A DNA stretch of 64,000 bases from Minisyncoccota bacterium (GCA_035541415.1 DATKNI010000021.1:708-64707), one strand, 5' to 3'; shown: positions 46,912 through 55,768, counted from the first letter of the stretch. Notes: generated by a model from the letters alone, not told the origin. Program-made: numbers and translations.

Positions 46912-46999
46912 AGAAGTTATCCCCAGAAATTGACAGGTTGTGCACCGCCGAATCCCTGTTTTTTCTTGACTTTTAAACAGACAATCTAGAATGAAAATG

Positions 47000-47230
47000 T
47001 GGGTTCGTTCTCAACCTCACTGAGAACGGGGCAAAGGTTCCCGTCAAGCAATTCATTCATCCAGGTCCCGGAATATTGTATATCTGTGGATCTGCAATAA
47101 GGGACCATTGTTGATACCAAGCGGGACACCAGCCTCCAATGACTGCAGATTATGGGGCTGCAGACCGCAGGACGAACCCATCAGCTATTTTCCCGAGAGG
47201 TTCTGTTCGCGTTCCGGGACCTCTTCTTTT
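47000..47230 (+). ncRNA. Candidate structured leader RNA (riboswitch-like) with terminator/antiterminator
   Basis: 12-bp closing stem 47000-47011/47169-47180, internal stems, terminator 47195-47230, 11-bp antiterminator 47063-47073/47212-47222; TAGAAT at 46987-46992. Confidence 0.6.
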
Positions 47231-47278
47231 CCTTCGACATCAGCTTTCTTTCAGCCATGAAACCTTATTATCACAACC

Positions 47279-47767
47279 ATGAAAGTCCGCGATGTCATGA
47301 TACGCAACGTCATTACGCTATCGCCGAAAACAAGCTATGAGGAAGCGGCGCGGATTTTATACGGCAACCATATAAGCGGAGCTCCCGTCGTGAATGAGCG
47401 GGGTACGATCGTCGGCATGATATCCGAGAAGGATCTCTTCCGCGCATTATATCCGACCTATGCCGAGTATTGCGCCGAGCCACAGGCATTTTATGACTGG
47501 GAAGGCCGGGAGCATACCATTGAGCAGGTCCGCAGCCAGCCGATTGAGCGGTACATGTCTGAGCCGGCAGTTACCGTCGACGAGAGCGATCCGATCCTCC
47601 GCGCCGGAGGTTTGATGCTTGCGCATAGTTTGCACCGTTTGCCGGTTACGCGGCATGGCGCGCTCGCGGGCATCGTCACGCGGGAAGCTATTTACCAAAC
47701 CATCCTTCAGCACCAGCTTTTTTCGCGATATCGAAAGGTCGCAACAGCAATACACCAGAATCTATGA
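47279..47767 (+). CDS. Tandem CBS-domain protein
   Basis: MKVRDVMIRNVITL, ISGAPVVN..GTIVGMISEKDL, HRLPV...LAGIVTR. Confidence 0.92.
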   Translation: MKVRDVMIRNVITLSPKTSYEEAARILYGNHISGAPVVNERGTIVGMISEKDLFRALYPTYAEYCAEPQAFYDWEGREHTIEQVRSQPIERYMSEPAVTVDESDPILRAGGLMLAHSLHRLPVTRHGALAGIVTREAIYQTILQHQLFSRYRKVATAIHQNL

Positions 47768-48030
47768 ATGAAACCAAACGGACACTGATGCTTGTGGGGG
47801 TCGTTACGCACTATTATGCGCGCCCCGGGGCGGCCGTCGTTAGGTTCATCAGGAATGTGCCGCTCAAAACGCACATTTATTTCCATGGGAAAACGACGAA
47901 CTTTGAGGAGGACATTGACTCCCTCGAATATAATCGTTTCCCAACGGATCTCGCCAAAATGAATCACAACGTTGGCGTGAGCGTCACCGAGCGCGTGCGG
48001 AAAGGAGACCGGGTGTACACATTCGTATGA
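47764..48030 (+). CDS. Small beta-barrel protein (translation-factor-like / U32 C-terminal-like)
   Basis: VGVVTHYY...AAVV, TTNFEEDIDSLE, VGVSVTERVRKGDRVY; ATGA overlap with the CBS gene. Confidence 0.7.
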   Translation: MNETKRTLMLVGVVTHYYARPGAAVVRFIRNVPLKTHIYFHGKTTNFEEDIDSLEYNRFPTDLAKMNHNVGVSVTERVRKGDRVYTFV

Positions 48031-48046
48031 GCGATTCCGCCGGATG

Positions 48047-48073
48047 AACGGCCCGTGCGAGCGGGCCGTTTTT
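48047..48073 (+). terminator. Intrinsic terminator
   Basis: AACGGCCCGT-gcga-GCGGGCCGTT-TTT. Confidence 0.8.
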
Positions 48074-48131
48074 GCTGCCGCCGTCCGGGCTGGGGAAACA
48101 GAACGGGCGATGAATCGCGTATAATAGAGAT

Positions 48132-49103
48132 ATGCTTCCCGACGACATCAAAAATTATGCAAAGCAATTCGACTACGAGCCCCTGGTCGAAAACTCAAAA
48201 AAGCTGAAGAAATTCGGCAAATTTGTGGTTGCCGGGATGGGCGGGTCGCACCTCGGTGCGGATATTATCAAAACGTGGCATCCGGAACTCGATTTGGTGG
48301 TGTGGCACAACTACGGCCTGCCGAAACTTCATGAAAAAGATCTGAAGGATCGCTTGATTATTTTGAGTTCGTACTCGGGCAATACCGAAGAGACGATCGA
48401 CGCCTTGAACGCGGCAAAGGCAAAACGGTTGAACATGGCCGTCGTCGCCGCGCGCGGCAAGCTGATCAAGCTCGCGCAGAGTCTCAAAATCCCGTATGTG
48501 CAGATGCCCGATTTTCACATGCAGCCGCGCATGGCGACGGGACTGAGCGTTAAGGCGTTGCTCGCCGTGATGGGGGAGAAGGCCTGGCTTTCGGAAGCCA
48601 AGGCGCTCGGCGCCATGCTCCAGCCGTCGCGCGAAGAATTGCGCGGGCGCGATCTCGCAAAACGGCTGCACGGCTCCGTGCCGATTATCTATGCGTCGGT
48701 TCCGAACGCCGCCCTCGCGCAGAATTGGAAGATAAAGCTCAATGAAACCGGAAAGGTTCCGGCGTTCTGGAATGTGGTTCCCGAAATGAATCACAACGAG
48801 ATGACGGGTTTCGATGCCAAGGGCAAAACGACGCCGCTTTCGCGCCATTTCCATTTTGTATTTTTGAAGGATCCCGACGACGACCGCCGCATCATCAAGC
48901 GCATGAATGTGCTCGAGAAATTATTGCGCGACCGCGGCTTCAAGGCGGAAATCGTTTTGCTCCAAGGCAAGAACCCGATCCACAAAATTTTCAACGCGCT
49001 CGTTCTCGGCGATTGGACCGCGTACCACAGCGGCAAATTGTACGGCATCGATCCCGAGGAGGTGCCGATGGTGGAAGAGTTCAAAAAAATGATTGCGCGA
49101 TAA
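48132..49103 (+). CDS. Bifunctional phosphoglucose/phosphomannose isomerase (SIS domains)
   Basis: AGMGGS, SSYSGNTEET, QPR, WKIKLNETGK, PEMNHNE, VPMVEEFK. Confidence 0.92.
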   Translation: MLPDDIKNYAKQFDYEPLVENSKKLKKFGKFVVAGMGGSHLGADIIKTWHPELDLVVWHNYGLPKLHEKDLKDRLIILSSYSGNTEETIDALNAAKAKRLNMAVVAARGKLIKLAQSLKIPYVQMPDFHMQPRMATGLSVKALLAVMGEKAWLSEAKALGAMLQPSREELRGRDLAKRLHGSVPIIYASVPNAALAQNWKIKLNETGKVPAFWNVVPEMNHNEMTGFDAKGKTTPLSRHFHFVFLKDPDDDRRIIKRMNVLEKLLRDRGFKAEIVLLQGKNPIHKIFNALVLGDWTAYHSGKLYGIDPEEVPMVEEFKKMIAR

Positions 49104-49104
49104 C

Positions 49105-49130
49105 AAAAAAGCCGCCATTACTTGGCGGCT
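49105..49130 (-). terminator. Intrinsic terminator
   Basis: AAAAAAGCCGCCA-ttact-TGGCGGCT. Confidence 0.7.
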
Positions 49131-49145
49131 CGTTGTGTTTGGGGC

Positions 49146-49325
49146 CTATGTTTTTGGGTGTCTCTGGTTCCGGAATTCGATAAACGAGATTCGAGGTTTT
49201 GCGGACGGGACGGTTGGGGGTTTTTCTTCCGGTTTTGGCGTTCTCCGTCTGTCGAGCAGCATGCCTACCGCAAAAACACTTCCGAAATACAGCGCAAGGA
49301 TCAAGAGCGTTAGTGGATACTCCAT
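49146..49325 (-). CDS. Small single-TM protein (59 aa, not in ORF track)
   Basis: MEYPLTLLILALYFGSVFAVGMLLDRRRTPKPEEKPPTVPSAKPRISFIEFRNQRHPKT; GGAGGAGG RBS; terminator downstream. Confidence 0.7.
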   Translation of the reverse strand: MEYPLTLLILALYFGSVFAVGMLLDRRRTPKPEEKPPTVPSAKPRISFIEFRNQRHPKT

Positions 49326-49406
49326 GAAGCCCTCCTCCTATGGTTAGGATAGGAGATTATTGAAGGATCGTCCAACCGTTCCGACGACATGCTATAATGA
49401 CCAAAC

Positions 49407-50096
49407 ATGGCCACCAAACTTTCGCGTTCCAAGCTTGAACTTTTCACCGAGTGCCGCCGTTGTTTTTGGCTCGATCTGAAGCAGGGGATCAAACGCCCGT
49501 CGGGGCCGCCGTTCACGTTGAATAACGCCGTGGACTACCTCCTCAAGGAGGAATTCGACGTGCATCGCAATAAAAAAACCCGTCATCCGGTGATGGAGAA
49601 ATTCGAGATCAATGCGCTGCCGTTCCAGCACGACAGTCTGAGCAAGTGGCGGCACAACTTTACCGGCGTGCAGGTTAACCACGAGCCGACGGGATTCCTG
49701 GTGTATGGCGCCGTCGATGATTTGTGGGTGAACCCCGACGGCCAGATCCACGTTGTCGACTACAAAGCGACCGGCGCGAAGGAGCATAAAATTTATGATT
49801 CGTATCGCCGCCAGATGGAAATCTACCAGTGGCTCCTGCGCCACAATGGCCTCGACGTTTCACCGCGCGGATATTTCGTATTTGCAAAAGTGAATAAAGC
49901 CGACGGCTTTGGCAACGGGGACGCCGCGCTTGCGTTCGACCTCTTCATCGAACCGCTCGACGGCGATGATTCGTGGGTGGAACAAGCATTGCAATCCGCC
50001 AAAAAAACTTTTGACATGACAGAGATTCCGGACGCAACGCCGGAGTGCGATTTTTGCTCGTATCGACACGCCGTGGCGCGCGCCGTCACGGAGTAG
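49407..50096 (+). CDS. PD-(D/E)XK nuclease family protein (RecB/Cas4-like)
   Basis: LSRSKLELFTECRRCFW, GAVDDLW, VVDYKAT, QMEIY, CDFC. Confidence 0.88.
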   Translation: MATKLSRSKLELFTECRRCFWLDLKQGIKRPSGPPFTLNNAVDYLLKEEFDVHRNKKTRHPVMEKFEINALPFQHDSLSKWRHNFTGVQVNHEPTGFLVYGAVDDLWVNPDGQIHVVDYKATGAKEHKIYDSYRRQMEIYQWLLRHNGLDVSPRGYFVFAKVNKADGFGNGDAALAFDLFIEPLDGDDSWVEQALQSAKKTFDMTEIPDATPECDFCSYRHAVARAVTE

Positions 50097-50161
50097 GCTT
50101 GCATTTTTCTGGAATTTAGATATAATAATTCATAGCAAAATCTCATTCGCGGGAGGCGAGC

Positions 50162-50629
50162 ATGAAGGTAACGTTTGCGATCGTGAAGCTTGTTGCTTTG
50201 GCGGTAGGGATTGCTTCGTTCGTTGCATTCCGGATCTTGGGCGGCATACTGGCGGGATTCACGGCCGATCCCATCACCGGCCTTACGGTTCTCGGAGGCT
50301 CTGTCATGGCTGGCGTTCTCTGTGGTTATGTAGTCCATCTGATGCTCGGATTCGTCGTAACAGAATTAGTGGTGGGCTATTGCATGCTCATGGGGCGTCC
50401 TCGACCGAACGTGGTTGAACCTCCTCGGATGGGGCCGGTCGAACATGGTCTCTATGCGGGCATCGCCGTTTGGTTCGGAGTCTATGCGATTCAGACTATC
50501 GCTGTGGGGTTGCGGATCCAAACCTATTTCGGCCTGGATCTCATTCCGAGCATCGCCGTCGGCGTCGCCGCAGGATTCTGGAATGGCATCAAGCATTACA
50601 ACAAAGACCAGGTCGCGCCCATCGCGTGA
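50162..50629 (+). CDS. Multi-TM hypothetical protein
   Basis: GGAGG RBS, TTGCAT-16-TATAAT upstream, terminator at 50644-50670. Confidence 0.7.
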   Translation: MKVTFAIVKLVALAVGIASFVAFRILGGILAGFTADPITGLTVLGGSVMAGVLCGYVVHLMLGFVVTELVVGYCMLMGRPRPNVVEPPRMGPVEHGLYAGIAVWFGVYAIQTIAVGLRIQTYFGLDLIPSIAVGVAAGFWNGIKHYNKDQVAPIA

Positions 50630-50706
50630 TCGTTTTCCAATGCGGCCGGGACTTCAGCGTCCCGGCCCTTTATTATTTTTTAATCCAAAAACTCTATAAT
50701 GAATGC

Positions 50707-51036
50707 ATGCCGATCATTCCGAAATTTAAACCGCTTCATTGGACAAGCCATGCGAAAGCCAAGATGATGTTTTATCGTCTGGGTCCCGGTCGCATTCGGC
50801 GCGTGCTCCATTCGCCAAAGCGCGTGGAAGAGGGAGTTGCGCCGCGAACGGTAGCCATGATGCAGCCGGCCTCAATCAAAAATGGAAAATGGACGCAAGA
50901 AATCTGGGTGATGTTTCAAGATTCTCCCAAGGAACGGAACGTGATCAGCGCGTGGCGCTATCCCGGGGTAACCAAGCCGCGAGGGGAGATCAAGGCCTTT
51001 TTACGCCGGGAATATCAGGAGTTTTTGGCTAGTTGA
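50707..51036 (+). CDS. Hypothetical protein, possible RelE/BrnT-like (DUF4258-like) fold
   Basis: WTSHAKAKM...RIRRVLHSPKR...EIWVM...VISAWRYPG; ATG 6 nt after TATAAT. Confidence 0.6.
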   Translation: MPIIPKFKPLHWTSHAKAKMMFYRLGPGRIRRVLHSPKRVEEGVAPRTVAMMQPASIKNGKWTQEIWVMFQDSPKERNVISAWRYPGVTKPRGEIKAFLRREYQEFLAS

Positions 51037-51132
51037 CAAACATAATTTTATATGCTAATATAGCCTTAGCATAATAGTTAAAATACAGCAGTATGGATTC
51101 CGTGGTAGGAATCCAAATTCGAGGGTAGAACA

Positions 51133-51351
51133 ATGTTGTGCTGGCAAGATGTAAAGAAGATTACTGAACAGCCTGCGGATCCGATCGACGCAGTCGTGAA
51201 CCAAGCGACGCGACTCACGATGGCTTTTCAAGCCAAGTCGTCTTTCCTTGTGAGAGAACTCGATCGCGAAATCGATTCCCTTATGGGAATCGCAACCGCC
51301 GTGCTGGCCCGTCATGGGATCAAGAGCCGGCAGGATCATCCTAACCAATAA
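51133..51351 (+). CDS. Small hypothetical protein
   Basis: GAGGGT RBS, TTGACA-17-TAATAT (51033-51061), terminator at 51358-51385. Confidence 0.55.
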   Translation: MLCWQDVKKITEQPADPIDAVVNQATRLTMAFQAKSSFLVRELDREIDSLMGIATAVLARHGIKSRQDHPNQ

Positions 51352-51405
51352 AGCAGGGGGCCGTACCGAAAGGTGCGGCCCGTTTCATTTTTCTATAATA
51401 AACAC

Positions 51406-51975
51406 ATGCTATTCTCTAAGCGTATCATCTGGGGCGGATTGATAATACTCGCGGTATTTGCTGTAATAGGTGAGTGGTACATCAAGGAACCGGCGGCCAA
51501 CAGCAATCATGAGCCGCCGCAATCATCATCAACTATGATCATCACGAGTCCTGCATTTGAAGACGGCGGAATTATTCCCAAGAAATATACCTGCGATGGA
51601 GGGGATATCAATCCGGAGCTTCAGATCCACTATGTCCCTCGGGAGGCGCGAAGCCTCGCGCTCATTCTCCACGATCCCGACGTGCCGATGCCGGGAGGAT
51701 TTACGCATTGGGTGGTGTGGAACATCAGCCCCGAGACCACGCTCATCAAAGATGAAAGCGTGCCTCCGGATGCCGTCGAAGGGCGGAACAGCGCCGGACG
51801 AATCGGCTACATGGGACCATGCCCGCCGTCGGGGACGCACCATTATCATTTCCAGCTGTATGCGCTGAACGACGTTCTTGATATTCCTGCGACATCGTCG
51901 CTTGAGGAGATTCAAAAACAGATCGATGAGCATCTCGTTGCGAAAGCGGATTTAGTTGGCCTGTACGCCCGATAG
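51406..51975 (+). CDS. YbhB/YbcL (PEBP/Raf-kinase-inhibitor-like) protein with N-terminal anchor
   Basis: ITSPAFEDGG.IP.KYTCDG, HDPDVP..FTHW, GPCPPSGTHHYHFQLYAL. Confidence 0.93.
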   Translation: MLFSKRIIWGGLIILAVFAVIGEWYIKEPAANSNHEPPQSSSTMIITSPAFEDGGIIPKKYTCDGGDINPELQIHYVPREARSLALILHDPDVPMPGGFTHWVVWNISPETTLIKDESVPPDAVEGRNSAGRIGYMGPCPPSGTHHYHFQLYALNDVLDIPATSSLEEIQKQIDEHLVAKADLVGLYAR

Positions 51976-52014
51976 CCGTCGCGCGTGATACAGCGCGTGA
52001 TACAATCAAACTAT

Positions 52015-52365
52015 ATGGAATCAAACGGCTCGGCGACGATCTTGCGATGGGGGTTGGCCTTTGTTTTCTTCTATGCCGCGATCGCGGCGCTTCTTGACCC
52101 GGGCGAGTGGGGAGCATTCCTGCCTCCATCGCTTAGCGCCGTCGCACCGCTTTCGTTTTTCCTCACCGTGTTCTCGGTCTATGAGCTGATCCTTGCCGTA
52201 TGGCTTTTCTGGGGGAAGCACCTGTGGTGGTCGTCGCTTCTCGCGACAATCACGCTCGCCGGAGTTGCCGTCGCAAACTATCAGGCGATGGATATCGCAT
52301 TCCGGGACATCGGTCTCGCATTCGCGGCGCTTGCGCTCTTCCAAGCGGCGCGACATAATAGTTAA
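52015..52365 (+). CDS. DoxX-like membrane protein
   Basis: ILRWGLAFVFFYAA, FRDIGLA; four TM helices. Confidence 0.75.
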   Translation: MESNGSATILRWGLAFVFFYAAIAALLDPGEWGAFLPPSLSAVAPLSFFLTVFSVYELILAVWLFWGKHLWWSSLLATITLAGVAVANYQAMDIAFRDIGLAFAALALFQAARHNS

Positions 52366-52370
52366 TATAC

Positions 52371-53003
52371 ATGAACATTTTTAACGGCAGCCCGGCGCTC
52401 CCATTCCCGGGCGAACTCTCGGAACACGAGCGTTCGCGCGACGACCGCGAACTCATTGCGTTATTTTTGCGCGGCGACGAAGCGAGCTTTTCCGTGTTGC
52501 TCGACCGCCATATGCCGATGGTGTACCGCTTTGCGTACCGGTATTTGAGCAATGCCGATGACGCAAGCGATGTGACGCAGGAAGCGTTCATCCGCGCGTG
52601 GAAGCACATCAAAAAATTCGACACGTCGCGCAGTTTCAAAACTTGGATTTTGGCGATTGCAAAAAATGCGGCGCTCGACCACATCAAAAAGAAAAAGCCG
52701 GTTCTCTTTTCGCAAATCGAATCGCAAGAAAAGGATCTTGATGCCGTCCTTGCCCCGCACCTCGCCGAAGAGGAATTGCCCGACGCCGCGTTCGACCGGG
52801 TAAGCGACGCGAGAGTGCTTGAATCAACGCTCGCAAAACTGCCCGCGCCGTACCGCGTCGTCCTCGCTCTGCGCTACGGCGAACACCTCAAGTTCCGCGA
52901 GATCGCCGACATCCTTTCGGAGCCGATCGACACCGTAAAGAGCAAGCATCGCCGGGGCCTTATGCATCTCCGGAAGATCTTGCCCAAAACGCTTTTGGCC
53001 TAG
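52371..53003 (+). CDS. ECF sigma factor
   Basis: DASDVTQEAFIRAW, FKTWILAIAKNAALD, FREIADILSEPIDTVKS. Confidence 0.93.
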   Translation: MNIFNGSPALPFPGELSEHERSRDDRELIALFLRGDEASFSVLLDRHMPMVYRFAYRYLSNADDASDVTQEAFIRAWKHIKKFDTSRSFKTWILAIAKNAALDHIKKKKPVLFSQIESQEKDLDAVLAPHLAEEELPDAAFDRVSDARVLESTLAKLPAPYRVVLALRYGEHLKFREIADILSEPIDTVKSKHRRGLMHLRKILPKTLLA

Positions 53004-53052
53004 GCGCCATCGCACCCAAATGGCTTGGAAAATCGTATAGTTGGGCAAAGCC

Positions 53053-53481
53053 ATGCCCCGGGATACCCGCAGAACCCCCAAGAAAATATTTGAAAAGCTT
53101 GAGGCGCCCCAGCCTCCGGCTGATTTGGTGCAAAAGACGCTCCAGCGCATCATGGCGCGCGAACGGAAAATTTTGATGGCAAAGCTCGCGGGGCTTGGGT
53201 CGCTCTTTGCGGCATCGCTCGCCCTCGTCGTGACGCAAATGTCCGCGGCGGCGGCTCAGCTTGCACAGTCGGGATTTTTCCAATTCGGTTCGCTTTTCTT
53301 TTCTGATTTCGGCGCGGCGGCCGCGAACCTGCCGGATTTTTTCCTTTCGCTTTTTGAATCATTCCCGGTTTTCTCGGCCGGGCTTGCGATCGGGGGACTC
53401 GCCGTGGCGATCTGGTCGTTTGCCGGATTCGTCGATGACGCAAGCATCCTGCGCGCGACAAAACATTATTCATCGGCATGA
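53053..53481 (+). CDS. Membrane protein, probable anti-sigma factor
   Basis: EAPQPPADLVQKTLQRI followed by TM helices; directly after the ECF gene. Confidence 0.6.
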   Translation: MPRDTRRTPKKIFEKLEAPQPPADLVQKTLQRIMARERKILMAKLAGLGSLFAASLALVVTQMSAAAAQLAQSGFFQFGSLFFSDFGAAAANLPDFFLSLFESFPVFSAGLAIGGLAVAIWSFAGFVDDASILRATKHYSSA

Positions 53482-53969
53482 GCGACATATCCCATTCAAA
53501 AAAAGTAAATGCCATGCTCATCATCCTTGGAAGCGTGGCGCTTATTTTTGTAATATTCGCCCTCGGTATTTATGTGGGATATGAGCGCGCCATGTTCGCA
53601 TCGGGACGCAGCGATAATTATTACCGGAATTTTATGGGAGCTTCGCCGATGGGCTTTGGCGACTCGCATGGCGTCGTGGGAACGGTGATCGACGTGAGCA
53701 CGTCGAGCCTCACGGTGCGCGATCCCGACAACGACGAGGAATCGGTCGTCGTTGCAACGGACACCATCATCCGCATGTTCGATCGCACGCTCGACATCAA
53801 AGGCCTTGTCCCGGGCGAAGGCGTTGCGGTCATCGGTTCGCCGAATGAAGACGGCCAGATCGAAGCGCGGTTCGTGCGCATTTTCCCGAGCACGTCGTCA
53901 TATCCCGTGCCGCCCGACTTTTCGTCGGGAACCCAATCGTCGACCATTATTATTATCCACACACTCTAA
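53478..53969 (+). CDS. Membrane-anchored DUF5666-like OB-fold protein
   Basis: TM then GTVIDV..SSLTV...DTIIR...G.GVAVIGSPNEDGQIEARFVRI. Confidence 0.65.
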   Translation: MSDISHSKKVNAMLIILGSVALIFVIFALGIYVGYERAMFASGRSDNYYRNFMGASPMGFGDSHGVVGTVIDVSTSSLTVRDPDNDEESVVVATDTIIRMFDRTLDIKGLVPGEGVAVIGSPNEDGQIEARFVRIFPSTSSYPVPPDFSSGTQSSTIIIIHTL

Positions 53970-55762
53970 TGTTCAAAAAAATCGGGAGCGCGATCAAGGC
54001 GCACAAGGTCATGTCAATAATCATCGCGATTGCCATCGTAGGCGGCGGATATTATTGGTACCGTTCGGCGCAGGGGACGAGCGCTCCGACGAAATATGTC
54101 GTGGGACAGGCCTCGCTCGGCACCGTCGTCGCATCGGTATCAGGCAGCGGCCAGGTGCAGGCGCTCTCGTCGATTCCCGTAAAGAACCAAGGTTCGGGAT
54201 CAGGCGCAGTCACCGGCATCTATGTGAAAGTCGGCCAGCACGTGACCGCCGGCCAGCTCCTCGTGCAGGTTGATACGACGAACGAGGAAAAAGCGCTCAA
54301 GCAGGCTGAACTCACCATGCAGTCGGCCAACCTTTCGCTCGCAAAACTTCAGGAAGCTCCGGCCACAACGACGCTGCAGCAAGATGAAGACGCCGTCGCG
54401 CAGGCATCCACATCGCTCGCGACCGATTACCAGTCGGCATACGATTCGCTCGGCGGCATTTTTGTGGATTTCCAAACCACCATGACTGGCCTGCAAAATT
54501 TTATGACGGGCAAGGATGTCAACAAGACGCAAAACGACCCTGATGCTTTTGTGAGCCTCCTCCCAACATACCAGCAGGAGCAAACCATCCCGTTCCGCGA
54601 TAAAGTGACGGCAACGTTCAGCGCCGCAACCGAAGCCTATGCCCAGGACCTCGCCGATTATCACGCGCTCTCGCGGAACTCGAGTTCGTCATCGCTTGAT
54701 GCGCTTTTTACCGAAACGGAAAACGCCGCAAAATCAATAAGCGATGCCGTGTCGGCTTCGCGGAGCCTCATCAACCAAGTCGTGAACAGTTATCCGATTT
54801 CTTCCACGACGCAGCCGTTGCCGGCCATCGTGACCGCCGACCAGAATGCGTTTTCCGGCTACACGGGAACCATTTCAGGGGATATTACGAGCATCACCAA
54901 TTCCCAGAACGGCATCGCGAATGACGAGATTGCGCTGAAAGAAAAACAGACGTCGCTCGCGTCGCTTCAGGCGGGAGCCGACCCGCTCGACGTCCAGTCA
55001 CAGCAGATTTCAATACAGAATGCGCAGCTTTCGCTCCAGACGGCGCAAGACAACCTTGCGGATGATTCTATCCGCGCCCCGGTTTCAGGAACGGTCTCGG
55101 CGATCGCGGCGGTTGTCGGGACGCCAATTGCTTCTTCGGCGGTCACGCTTGCAGCGGACGGGGAAGTGGCGCAAGTGACGCTCAACGAAGTCGATGCGGC
55201 AAAAGTGAGCCTGGGCGACCAGACGACGCTTACTTTCGACGCATTGCCCGATCTTTCAATCGCGGGACAGGTCGTCGAAATCGATCCGGTGGGAACGGTG
55301 ACGCAAGGCGTCGTGAACTACAGCGTGCAGATCAGTTTCACGAACACCTCCACGAGCACGTCGGCGATCAAGCCCGGCATGAGCGTGACCGCGAATATCG
55401 TGACCGATGCGCACCAGAACGTAGTCACGGTTCCGAATGCGGCGGTTGTCACCCAGAACGGATCGTCGTATGTGCTTGCGCCGGCGACGCCCGTCGAAGC
55501 GACGACAACCGGCGGCATCGTCTTGCCGCAGGGAACAACGCTTATTCCGGTAACCGTTGGCATCTCGAATAATACGATCACGGAAATCACATCCGGCCTC
55601 AAGGCAGGGGACCAAATCATCACGCAAACCATCCGTTCGTCCAGCGGCTCCACGACAAGCGGCGGCACGAACGCGCTCCGCGCACTGGGCGGCGGCGGAG
55701 GCGGCGCGGTCTTTGGCGGCGGAGGAGGAGCTGTGCGCATCGGCGCGCCTACGGGCAGATAA
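53969..55762 (+). CDS. MacA/HlyD-like periplasmic adaptor with long coiled coil
   Basis: N-terminal TM, VKVGQHVTAGQLL lipoyl half, IRAPVSGTV, EVDAAKV..G, IKPGMSVTANI, Gly-rich tail. Confidence 0.88.
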   Translation: MFKKIGSAIKAHKVMSIIIAIAIVGGGYYWYRSAQGTSAPTKYVVGQASLGTVVASVSGSGQVQALSSIPVKNQGSGSGAVTGIYVKVGQHVTAGQLLVQVDTTNEEKALKQAELTMQSANLSLAKLQEAPATTTLQQDEDAVAQASTSLATDYQSAYDSLGGIFVDFQTTMTGLQNFMTGKDVNKTQNDPDAFVSLLPTYQQEQTIPFRDKVTATFSAATEAYAQDLADYHALSRNSSSSSLDALFTETENAAKSISDAVSASRSLINQVVNSYPISSTTQPLPAIVTADQNAFSGYTGTISGDITSITNSQNGIANDEIALKEKQTSLASLQAGADPLDVQSQQISIQNAQLSLQTAQDNLADDSIRAPVSGTVSAIAAVVGTPIASSAVTLAADGEVAQVTLNEVDAAKVSLGDQTTLTFDALPDLSIAGQVVEIDPVGTVTQGVVNYSVQISFTNTSTSTSAIKPGMSVTANIVTDAHQNVVTVPNAAVVTQNGSSYVLAPATPVEATTTGGIVLPQGTTLIPVTVGISNNTITEITSGLKAGDQIITQTIRSSSGSTTSGGTNALRALGGGGGGAVFGGGGGAVRIGAPTGR

Positions 55763-55768
55763 CCATGT

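Noticed and set aside
47020-47028. CTGAGA as a TPP riboswitch signature
   Set aside because: The TPP 3' core (CCTGA...AATxCxxGCG.AGG) is absent
47120-47200. Partial resemblance to the c-di-AMP riboswitch (TGGGG...GAACCCATCAGCTA) and to ykkC variants (ACCAAGCGGGACA)
   Set aside because: The other conserved blocks of those families are not evident, so no family is assigned
51070-52370. 16/17-nt repeat CATAATAGTTAAxATAC at 51070 and 52354
   Set aside because: AT-rich and promoter-like; no recombinase or other sign that it bounds an element
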